The notes beneath the pieces were generated by a model, which had not been told where the DNA came from, ran no database searches, and saw only the letters and a list, made by a program, of their open reading frames with translations. Below, one piece after another: positions 52,690 to 63,870 of a DNA stretch of 64,000 nucleotides (within the stretch, counting starts at the first letter, position 1; each line of letters starts with the position of its first letter). The translations under genes and the position numbers were made by a program. The DNA is from the human T2T-CHM13v2.0 reference genome, Homo sapiens, in contig CP086569.2 of the NCBI GenBank assembly GCA_009914755.4, forward strand, positions 21,152,001 to 21,216,000, written 5' to 3'.

Positions 52690-55600
52690 GTGTCTTCCTT
52701 CTGGCAGGTTCATGGTCTTGCTCACTTCACTAATGAAGCTGCAGACCTTACTGGTGATTGTTACAGCACTTAAAGGTGTTATGTCCAGAGTTTGTTCCTT
52801 CAGATGTGTCCAGGGTTTCTGTCTTCTGGCAGGTTCATGGACTTCCTCACTTCAAGAATGAAGCTGCCGACCTTAGTGGTGAGTGTTACAGCACTTGAAG
52901 TTGTTATGTCCAGAGTTCTTTCCTTCAGATGTGTCCAGCGTTTCTTCCTTCTGGCAGGTTCATGGTCTTCCTCACTTCAAGAATGAAGCTGCAGACCTTA
53001 CTGGTGAGTGTTACAGCAATTAAAGTTGTTATATCCAGAGTTTGTTCCTTCAGATGTTTCCAGAGTTTCTTCCTTCTGGCAGGTTCGTGGTGTTGCTCAC
53101 TTCTTTAATGAAGCTGCAGACCTTACTGGTGAGTGTTACAGCACTTAAAGGTGTTATGTCCAGAGTTTGTTTCTTCAGATGTGTCCAGAGTTTCTTCCTT
53201 CTGGCAGTTTCGTGGTCTTCCTCACTTCAAGAATGAAGCTGCAGACCTTACTGGTGAGTGTTACAGCACTTTAAGGTGTTATGTCCAGAGTTTCTTCCTT
53301 CAGATGTGTCCAGAGTGTCTTCCTTCTGGCAGGTTCATGGTCTTACTCACTTCAAGAATGAAGCTGCAGACCTTACTGGTGAGTGTTACAGCACTTAAAG
53401 GTGTTATGTCCAGAGATTTTTCCTTCAGATGTGTCCAGGGTTTCTGTCTTCTGGCAGGTTCATGGTCTTGCTCACTTCCAGAATGAAGCTGCAGACTTTA
53501 GTGGTGAGTGTTACAGCACTTAAAGTTGTTATGTCCAGAGTTTTTTCCTTCAGATGTGTCCAGCGTTTCTTCCTTCTGGCAGGTTCATGGTCTTGCTCAC
53601 TTCAAGAATGAAGCTGCAGACCTTACTGTTGAGTGTTAAAGCACTTAAAGGTGTTATATCCAGATTTTGTTCCTTCAGATGTGTACAGAGTTTCTTCCTT
53701 CTGGCAGGTTCATGGTGTTGCTCACTTCAACAATGAAGCTGCAGACCTTACTGTTGAGTGTTACAGCACTTAAAAGTGTTATGTCCAGAGTTTTTTCCTT
53801 CAGATGTGTCCAGAGTTTCTTCCTTCTGGCAGGTTCGTGGTCTTGCTCACTTCCTTAATGAAGCTGCAGACCTTACTGGTGAGTGTTACAGCACTTAAAG
53901 GTGTTATGTCCAGAGTTTGTTCCTTCAGATGTGTCCAGTGTTTCTTCCTTCTGGCAGGTTCATGGTGTTGCTCACTTCAAGAATGAAGCTGCAGACCTTA
54001 CTGGTGAGTGTTACAGCACTTGAATGTGTTATGTGCAGAGTTTTTTCCTTCAGATGTGTCCAGAGTTTCTTCCTTCTTGCAGGTTCGTGGTCTTGCTCAC
54101 TTCCTTAATGAAGCTGTAGACCTTAATGGTGAGTGTTACAGCACTTCAAGGTGTTATGTCCAGAGTTTTTTCCTTCAGATGTGTCCTGAGTGTCTTCCTT
54201 CTGGCAGGTTCATGGTCTTGCTCACTTCACTAACGAAGCTGCAGACCTTACTGGTGAGTGTTACAGCACTTAAAGGTGTTATGTCCACAGTTTGTTCCTT
54301 CAGATGTGTCCAGGGTTTCTGTCTTCTGGCAGGTACATGGTCTTGCTCACTTCAAGAATGAAGCTGCCGAACTTAGTGGTGAGTGTTACAGCACTTAAAG
54401 GTGTTATGTCCAGTGTTTGTTCCTTCAGATGTGTCCAGAGTTTCTTCCTTCTTGCAGGTTCGTGGTCTGGCTCACTTCCTTAATGAAGCTGCAGACCTTA
54501 ATGGTGAGTGTTACAGCACTTAAAGGTGTTATGTCCAGAGTTTTTTTCCTTCAGATGTGTCCTGAGTGTCTTCCTTCTGGCAGGTTCATGGTCTTGCTCA
54601 CTTCACTAATGAAGCTGCAGACCTTACTGGTGAGTGTTACAGCACTTAAAGGTGTTATGTCCAGAGTTTGTTCCTTCAGATGTGTCCAGGGTTTCTGTCT
54701 TCTGGCAGGTTCATGGACTTCCTCACTTCAAGAATGAAGCTGCCGACCTTAGTGGTGAGTGTTACAGCACTTGAAGTTGTTATGTCCAGAGTTCTTTCCT
54801 TCAGATGTGTCCAGCGTTTCTTCCTTCTGGCAGGTTCATGGTCTTCCTCACTTCAAGAATGAAGCTGCAGACCTTACTGGTGAGTGTTACAGCAATTAAA
54901 GTTGTTATATCCAGAGTTTGTTCCTTCAGATGTTTCCAGAGTTTCTTCCTTCTGGCAGGTTCGTGGTGTTGCTCACTTCTTTAATGAAGCTGCAGACCTT
55001 ACTGGTGAGTGTTACAGCACTTAAAGGTGTTATGTCCAGAGTTTGTTTCTTCAGATGTGTCCAGAGTTTCTTCCTTCTGGCAGTTTCGTGGTCTTCCTCA
55101 CTTCAAGAATGAAGCTGCAGACCTTACTGGTGAGTGTTACAGCACTTTAAGGTGTTATGTCCAGAGTTTCTTCCTTCAGATGTGTCCAGAGTGTCTTCCT
55201 TCTGGCAGGTTCATGGTCTTACTCACTTCAAGAATGAAGCTGCAGACCTTACTGGTGAGTGTTACAGCACTTAAAGGTGTTATGTCCAGAGATTTTTCCT
55301 TCAGATGTGTCCAGGGTTTCTGTCTTCTGGCAGGTTCATGGTCTTGCTCACTTCCAGAATGAAGCTGCAGACTTTAGTGGTGAGTGTTACAGCACTTAAA
55401 GTTGTTATGTCCAGAGTTTTTTCCTTCAGATGTGTCCAGCGTTTCTTCCTTCTGGCAGGTTCATGGTCTTGCTCACTTCAAGAATGAAGCTGCAGACCTT
55501 ACTGTTGAGTGTTAAAGCACTTAAAGGTGTTATATCCAGATTTTGTTCCTTCAGATGTGTACAGAGTTTCTTCCTTCTGGCAGGTTCATGGTGTTGCTCA

Positions 55601-56576
55601 CTTCAACAATGAAGCTGCAGACCTTACTGTTGAGTGTTACAGCACTTAAAAGTGTTATGTCCAGAGTTTGTTCCTTCAGATGTGTCCAGAGTTTCTTCCT
55701 TCTGGCAGGTTCGTGGTCTTGCTCACTTCCTTAATGAAGCTGCAGACCTTACTGGTGAGTGTTACAGCACTTAAAGGTGTTATGTCCAGAGTTTGTTCCT
55801 TCAGATGTGTCCAGTGTTTCTTCCTTCTGGCAGGTTCATGGTGTTGCTCACTTCAAGAATGAAGCTGCAGACCTTACTGGTGAGTGTTACAGCACTTGAA
55901 TGTGTTATGTGCAGAGTTTTTTCCTTCAGATGTGTCCAGAGTTTCTTCCTTCTTGCAGGTTCGTGGTCTTGCTCACTTCCTTAATGAAGCTGTAGACCTT
56001 AATGGTGAGTGTTACAGCACTTCAAGGTGTTATGTCCAGAGTTTTTTCCTTCAGATGTGTCCTGAGTGTCTTCCTTCTGGCAGGTTCATGGTCTTGCTCA
56101 CTTCACTAACGAAGCTGCAGACCTTACTGGTGAGTGTTACAGCACTTAAAGGTGTTATGTCCACAGTTTGTTCCTTCAGATGTGTCCAGGGTTTCTGTCT
56201 TCTGGCAGGCACATGGTCTTGCTCACTTCAAGAATGAAGCTGCCGAACTTAGTGGTGAGTGTTACAGCACTTAAAGGTGTTATGTCCAGTGTTTGTTCCT
56301 TCAGATGTGTCCAGAGTTTCTTCCTTCTTGCAGGTTCGTGGTCTGGCTCACTTCCTTAATGAAGCTGCAGACCTTAATGGTGAGTGTTACAGCACTTAAA
56401 GGTGTTATGTCCAGAGTTTTTTTCCTTCAGATGTGTCCTGAGTGTCTTCCTTCTGGCAGGTTCATGGTCTTGCTCACTTCACTAATGAAGCTGCAGACCT
56501 TACTGGTGAGTGTTACAGCACTTAAAGGTGTTATGTCCAGAGTTTGTTCCTTCAGATGTGTCCAGGGTTTCTGTCT
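52690..56576 (+). repeat. About 2.07 tandem copies of a 1876-bp (15-monomer) higher-order unit at about 99.8% identity (the youngest-looking duplication in the window)
   Basis: ORFs 52792, 53042, 53133 (117 aa), 53429, 53554, 53917, 54008 (117 aa) are amino-acid-identical to ORFs 54668, 54918, 55009, 55305, 55430, 55793, 55884. The ORFs at 53667 and 53804 differ from 55543 and 55668 by single substitutions. Identity continues from 54566-54700 into 56442-56576. Confidence 0.85.
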
Positions 56577-59500
56577 TCTGGCAGGTACATGGTCTTGCTC
56601 ACTTCAAGAATGAAGCTGCCGAACTTAGTGGTGAGTGTTACAGTACTTAAAGGTGTTATGTCCAGAGTTTTTTCCTTCAGATGTGTCCAGCGTTTCTTCC
56701 TTCTGGCAGGTTCATGGTCTTGCTCACTTCAAGAATGAAGCTGCAGACCATACTCTTTAGTGTTAAAGCACTTCAAGGTGTTATGTCCAGAGTTTGTTCC
56801 TTCAGATGTGTCCAGAGTTTCTTCCTTCTGGCATGTTCATGGTGTTGCTCACTTCAAGAATGAAGCTGCAGACCTTAGTGTTCAGTGTTACAGCACTTAA
56901 ACGTGTTATGTCCAGTGTTTGTTCCTTCAGATGTGTCCAGAGTTTCTTCCTTCTTGCAGGTTCGTGGTCTTGCTCACTTCCTTAATGAAGCTGCAGACCT
57001 TACTGGTGAGTGTTACAGCACTTAAAGGTGTTATGTCCAGAGTTTCTTCCTTCAGATGTGTCCAGTGTTTCTTCCTTCTGGCAGGTTCATGGTCTTGCTC
57101 ACTTCAAGAATGAAGCTGCAGACTTTTGTGGTGGGTGTTACAGCATTTAAAGTTGTTATGTCCACAATTTGTTCCTTCAGATGTGTCTAGTGTTTCTTCC
57201 TTCTGGGAGTTTCATGGTCTTGCTCACTTCAAGAATGAAGTTGCAGACTTTACTGGTGAGTGTTACAGTACTTAAAGCTGTTATGTCCAGAGTTTGATCC
57301 TTCAGATGTTTCCAGAGTTTCTTCCTTCTGGCAGGTTCCTGGTCTTGCTCACTTCTTTAATGAAGCTGCAGACCTTACTGGTGAGTATTACAGCACTTAA
57401 AGGTGTTATGTCCAGAGATTGTTTCTCCAGATGTGTCCAGAGTTTCTTCCTTCTGGCAGTTTCGTGGTCTTCCTCACTTCAAGAATGAAGCTGCAGACCT
57501 TAGTGTTGAGTGTTACAGCACGTAAAGGTGTTATGTCCAGAGTTTGTTCCTTCAGATGTGTCCAGAGTTACTTCCTTCTGGCAGGTTCATGGTGTTGCTC
57601 ACTTCAAGAATCAAGCTGCAGACCTTACTGGTGAGTGTTACAGCACTTAAAGCTGTTATGTCCAGAGTTTGTTCCTTCAGATGTTTCCAGAGTTTCTTCC
57701 TTCTGGCAGGTACGTGGTCTTGCTCACTTCTTTAATGAAGCTGCAGACCTTACTGGTGAGTGTTTCAGCACTTAAAGGTGTTATGTCCAGAGTTTGTTCC
57801 TTCAGATGTGTCCAGAGTGTCTTCCTTCTGGCAGGTTCATGGTCTTGCTCACTTCACTAATGAAGCTGCAGACCTTACAGGTGAGTGTTACAGCACTTAA
57901 AGGTGTTATGTCCAGAGTTTGTTCCTTCAGATGTGTCCAGGGTTTCTGTCTTCTGGCAGGTTCATGGACTTCCTCACTTCAAGAATGAAGCTGCCGACCT
58001 TAGTGGTGAGTGTTACAACACTTGAAGTTGTTATGTCCAGAGTTCTTTCCTTCAGATGTGTCCAGCGTTTCTTCCTTCTAGCAGGTTCATGGTCTTCCTC
58101 ACTTCAAGAATGAAGCTGCAGACCTTACTGGTGAGTGTTACCGCAATTAAAGTTGTTATATCCAGAGTTTGTTCCTTCAGATGTTTCCAGAGTTTCTTCC
58201 TTCTGTCATGTTCGTGGTGTTGCTCACTTCTTTAATGAAGCTGCAGACCTTACTGGTGAGTGTTACAGCACTTAAAGGTGTTATGTCCAGAGTTTGTTTC
58301 TTCAGATGTGTCCAGAGTTTCTTCCTTCTGGCAGTTTCGTGGTCTTCCTCACTTCAAGAATGAAGCTGCAGACCTTACTGGTGAGTGTTACAGCACTTTA
58401 AGGTGTTATGTCCAGAGTTTGTTCCTTCAGATGTGTCCAGAGTGTCTTCCTTCTGGCAGGTTCATGGTCTTGCTCACTTCAAGAATGAAGCTGCACACCT
58501 TACTGGTGAGTGTTACAGCACTTAAAGGTGTTATGTCCAGAGATTTTTCCTTCAGATGTGTCCAGGGTTTCTGTCTTCTGGCAGGTTCATGGTCTTGCTC
58601 ACTTCAAGAATGAAGCTGCAGACTTTAGTGGTGAGTGTTACAGCACTTAAAGGTGTTATGTCCAGAGTTTGTTCCTTCAGATGTGTCCAGAGTTGCTTCC
58701 TTCTGGCAGGTTCGTGGTCTTGCTCACTTCCTTAATGAAGCTGCAGACCTTACTGGTGAGTGTTACAGCACTTAAAGGTGTTATGTCCAGAGTTTGTTCC
58801 TTCAGATGTGTCCAGTGTTTCTTCCTTCTGGCAGGTTCATGGTGTTGCTCACTTGAAGAATGAAGCTGCAGACCTTCCTGGTGAGTGTTACAGTACTTGA
58901 TGGTGTTATGTGCAGAGTTTTTTCCTTCAGATGTTTCCAGAGTTTCTTCCTTCTTGCAGGTTCGTGGTCTTGCTCACTTCCTTAATGAAGCTGCAGACCT
59001 TAATGGTGAGTGTTACAGCACTTAAAGATGTTATGTCCAGAGTTTGTTCCTTCAGATGTGTCCTGAGTGTCTTCCTTCTGGCAGGTTCATGGTCTTGCTC
59101 ACTTCACTAATTAAGCTGCAGACCTTACTGGTGAGTGTTACAGCACTTAAAGGTGTTATGTCCAGAGTTTGTTCCTTCACCTGTGTCCAGGGTTTCTGTC
59201 TTATGGCACGTACATGGTCTTGCTCACTTCAAGAATGAAGCTGCCGAACTTAGTGGTGAGTGTTACAGTACTTAAAGGTGTTATGTCTAGAGTTTTTTCC
59301 TTCAGATGCGTCCAGCGTTTCTTCCTTCTGGCATGTTCATGGTCTTGCTCACTTCAAGAATGAAGTTGCAGACCTTACTGTTTAGTGTTAAAGCACTTAA
59401 AGGTGTTATGTCCAGAGTTTGTTCCTTCAGATGTGTCCAGAGTTTCTTCCTTCTGGCATGTTCATGGTGTTGCTCACTTCAAGAATGAAGCTGCAGACCT

Positions 59501-62450
59501 TAGTGTTGAGTGTTACAGCACTTAAAGGTGTTATGTCCAGTGTTTGTTCCTTCAGATGTGTCCAGAGTTTCTTCCTTCTTGCAGGTTCGTGGTCTTGCTC
59601 ACTTCCTTAATGAAGCTGCAGACCGTACTGGTGAATGTTACAGCACTTAAAGGTGTTATGTCCAGAGTTTGTTCCTTCAGATGTGTCCAGTGTTTCTTCC
59701 TTCTGGCAGGTTCATGGTCTTGCTCACTTCAAGAATGAAGCTGCAGACTTTTGTGGTGAGTGTTACAGCAGTTAAAGTTGTTATGTCCACAATTTGTTCC
59801 TTCAGATGTGTCCAGTGTTTCTTCCTTCTGGCAGGTTCATGGTCTTGCTCACTTCAAGAATGAAGCTGCAGACCTTACTGGTGAGTGTTGCAGTACTTAA
59901 AGCTGTTATGTCCAGAGTTTGATCCTTCAGATGTTTCCAGAGTTTCTTCCTTCTGGCAGGTTCGTGGTCTTGCTCACTTCTTTAATGAAGCTGCAGACCA
60001 TACTGGTGAGTGTTACAGCACTTAAAGGTGTTATGTCCAGAGATTGTTTCTTCAGATGTGTCCAGAGTTTCTTCCTTCTGGCAGTTTCGTGGTCTTCCTC
60101 ACTTCAAGAATGAAGCTGCAGACCTTAGTGTTGAGTGTTACAGCACGTAAAGGTGTTATGTCCAGAGTTTGTTCCTTCAGATGTGTCCAGAGTGTCTTCC
60201 TTCTGGCAGGTTCATGGTCTTGCTCACTTCACTAATGAAGCTGCAGACCTTACTGGGGAGTGTTACAGCACTTTAAGGTGTTTTGTGCAGAGTTTCTTCC
60301 TTCAGATGTGTCCAGTGTTTCTTCCTTCTGGCAGGTTCATGGTCTTGCTCACTTCAAGAATGAAGCTGCAGACTTTTGTGGTGAGTGTTACAGCAGTTAA
60401 CGTTGTTATGTCCACAATTTGTTCCTTCAGATGTGTCCAGTGTTTCTTCCTTCTGGCAGTTTCGTGGTCTTCCTCACTTCAAGAATGAAGCTGCAGACCT
60501 TAGTGTTGAGTGTTACAGCACTTAAATGTGTTATGTCCAGAGTTTTTTCCTTCAGATATGTCCAGCGTTTCTTCCTTCTGACAAGTTCATGGTGTTGCTC
60601 ACTTCAAGAGTGAAGCTGCAGACCTTACTGTTGAGTTTTAAAGCACTTAAAGCTGTTATGTCCAGAGTTTGTTCCTTCAGATGTGTCCAGAGTTTCTTCC
60701 TTCTGGCAGGTTCGTGGTCTTGCTCACTTCTTTAATGAAGCTGCAGTCCTTACTGGTGAGTGTTACAGCACTTAAAGGTGTTATGTCCAGAGTTTGTTTC
60801 TTCAGATGTGTCCAGAGTTTCTTCCTTCTGGCAGTTTCGTGGTCTTCCTCACTTCAAGAACGAAGCTGCAGACCTTACTGGTGAGTGTTACAGCACTTAA
60901 AGTTGTTATGTCCAGAGATTGTTCCTTCAGATGTGTCCAGAGTGTCTTCCTTCTGGCAGGTTCATGGTCTTGCTCACTTCACTAATGAAGCTGCAGACCT
61001 TACTGGTGAGGGTGGCAGCACTTAAAGGTGTTATGACCAGAGGTTGTTCCTTCAGATGTGTCCAGGGTTTCTGTCTTCTGGCAGGTTCATGGTCTTGCTC
61101 ACTTCAAGAATGAAGCTGCCGACCTTTGTGGTGAGTGTTACAGCACTTGGAGTTGTTATGTCCAGAGTTTTTTCCTTCAGATGTGTCCAGCGTTTCTTCC
61201 TACTGGCAGGTTCATGGTCTTGCTCACTTCAAGAATGAAGCTGCAGACCTTACTATTCAGTGTTAAAGCACTTAAAGGTGTTATATCCAGAGTTAGATCC
61301 TTCAGATGTGTCCAGAGTTTCTTCCTTCTCGCAGGTTCATGGTGTTGCTCAATTCAAGAATGAAGCTGCAGACTTTAGTGTTGAGTGTTACAGCACTTAA
61401 ATGTGTTATGTCCAGAGTTTGTTCCTTCAGATGTGTCCAGAATTTCTTCCTTCTTGGAGGTTCGTGGTCTTGCTCACTTCCTTAATGAAGCTGCAGACCT
61501 TACCGGTGAGTGTTACAGCACTTAAAGGTGTTATGTCCAGAGTTTGTTCCTTCAGATGTGTCCAGGGTTTCTGTCTTCTGGCAGGATCATGGTCTTGCTC
61601 ACTTGAAGAATGAAGCTGCCGACCTTAGTGGTGAGTGTTACAGCATTTAAAGGTGTTATGTCCAGACTTTGTTCCCTCAGATATGTCCAGAGTTTCTTCC
61701 TTCTGGCAGGTTCATTGTCTTGCTCATTTCAAGAATGAAACTGCAGACCTTAGTGGTGAGTGTTACAGCACTTAAAGGTGTTATGTCCAGAGTATGTTCC
61801 TTCAGATGTGTCCAGAGTGTCTTCCTTCTGGCAGCTTCATGGTCTTGCTCACTTCACTAATGAAGCTGCAGACCTTACTGGTGAGTGTTACAGCACTTAA
61901 AGATGTTATGTCCAGAGTTTGTTCATTCAGATATGTCCAGGGTTTCTGTCTTCTGGCAGGTTCATGTTATGACTCACTTCAAGAATGAAGCTGCAGACCT
62001 TAGTGGTGAGAGTTACAGCACTTAAAGGTGTTATGCCCAGAGTTTTTTCCTTCAGATGTGTCCAGCGTTTCTTCCTTCTGGCAGATTCATAGTCTTGCTC
62101 ACTTCAAGAATGAAGCTGCAGACCTTACTGTTGAGTGTTAAGGCACTTAAAAGTGTTATGTCCAGAGTTTGTTCCTTCAGACGTGTCCAGAGTTTCTTCC
62201 TTCTGGCAGGTTCGTGGTGTTGCTCACTTCCAGAATGAAGCTGCAGACCTTAGTGTTGAGTGTTACAACACTTAAAGGTGTTATGTCCAGAGTTTTTTCC
62301 TTCAGATATGTCCAGCGCTTCTTCCTTCTGGCAGGTTCATGGTCTTGCACACTTCAAGAATGAAGCTGCAGACCTTACTGTTGAGTTTTAAAGCACTTAA
62401 AGTTGTTATGTCCAGAGTCTGTTCCTTCAGATGTGTCCAGAGTTTCTTCC
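56290..62450 (+). repeat. Long intra-array segmental duplication, copy 2 of 43530-49200 (contains about 4 extra monomers)
   Basis: See copy 1. Rare shared variants include 'gaccatactctttagtgttaaagcacttcaaggtg' (43981 / 56741) and 'gtgagtattacagcacttaaa...ccagagattgtttctccagatg' (44631 / 57381). Confidence 0.7.
60540..61370 (+). repeat. Duplicated ~0.83-kb block, copy 1 (its partner is exactly 2500 bp = 20 monomers downstream); related to 47.4-48.1 kb
   Basis: 60541-60660 matches 63041-63160 by eye, including 'ctgacaagttcatggtg/ctgacaggttcatggtg' and 'caagagtgaagctgcagaccttactgttgagttttaaagcacttaaagctg'. ORFs 60669, 60794, 60919, 61044, 61058 match ORFs 63169, 63294, 63419, 63544, 63558. Confidence 0.8.
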
Positions 62451-63039
62451 TTCTTGCAGGTTCCTGGTCTTGCTCACTTCCTTAATGAAGCTGCAGACCT
62501 TACTGGTGAGTTTTACAGCACTTAAAGGTGTTATGTCCAGAGTTTGTTCCTCCAGATGTGTCCAGATTGTCTTCCTTCTGGCAGATTCATGGTCTTGTTC
62601 ACTTCACTAATGAAGCTGCAGACCTTACTGGTGAGTGTTACAGCACTTAAAGGTGTTATATCCAGAGATTGTTCCTTCAGATGTGTCCAGGGTTTCTGTC
62701 TTCTGGCAGGTTCATCGTGTTGCTCACTTCAAGAATGAAGCTGCAGTCCTTAGTGTTGAGTGTTACAGCACTTAAAGGTGTTATGTCCAGTATTTGTTCC
62801 TTCAGATGTTTCCAGAGTTTCTTCATTCTGGCACTTTCGTGGTCTTCCTCACTTCAAGAATGAAGCTGCAGACCTTACCGGTGAGTGTTACAGCACTTAA
62901 AGGTGTTATGTCCAGAGTTTGTTCCTTCAGATGTGTCCAGGGTTTCTGTCTTCTGGCAGGTTCATGGTGTTGCTCACTTCAAGAATGAAGCTGCCGACCT
63001 TAGTGGTGAGTTTTACAGCACTTAAAGGTGTTATGTCCA

Positions 63040-63870
63040 GAGTTTTTTCCTTCAGATATGTCCAGCGTTTCTTCCTTCTGACAGGTTCATGGTGTTGCTC
63101 ACTTCAAGAGTGAAGCTGCAGACCTTACTGTTGAGTTTTAAAGCACTTAAAGCTGTTATGTCCAGAGTTTGTTCCTTCAGATGTGTCCAGAGTTTCTTCC
63201 TTCTGGCAGGTTCGTGGTCTTGCTCACTTCTTTAATGAAGCTGCAGTCCTTACTGGTGAGTGTTACAGCACTTAAAGGTGTTATGTCCAGAGTTTGTTTC
63301 TTCAGATGTGTCCAGAGTTTCTTCCTTCTGGCAGTTTCGTGGTCTTCCTCACTTCAAGAACGAAGCTGCAGACCTTACTGGTGAGTGTTACAGCACTTAA
63401 AGGTGTTATGTCCAGAGATTGTTCCTTCAGATGTGTCCAGAGTGTCTTCCTTCTGGCAGGTTCATGGTCTTGCTCACTTCACTAATGAAGCTGCAGACCT
63501 TACTGCTGAGGGTGGCAGCACTTAAAGGTGTTATGACCAGAGGTTGTTCCTTCAGATGTGTCCAGGGTTTCTGTCTTCTGGCAGGTTCATGGTCTTGCTC
63601 ACTTCAAGAATGAAGCTGCCGACCTTTGTGGTGAGTGTTACAGCACTTGGAGTTGTTATATCCAGTGTTTTTTCCTTCAGATGTGTCCAGCGTTTCTACC
63701 TACTGGCAGGTTCATGGTCTTGCTCACTTCAAGAATGAAGCTGCAGACCTTACTATTGAGTGTTAAAGCACTTAAAGGTGTTATGTCCAGAGTTTGTTGC
63801 TTCAGATGTGTCCAGAGTTTCTTTCTTCTGGCAGGTTCATGGTGTTGCTCACTTCAAGAATGAAGCTGCA
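63040..63870 (+). repeat. Duplicated ~0.83-kb block, copy 2 of 60540-61370
   Basis: See copy 1. The match ends before the ORFs at 61401 and 63794, which differ. Confidence 0.8.
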
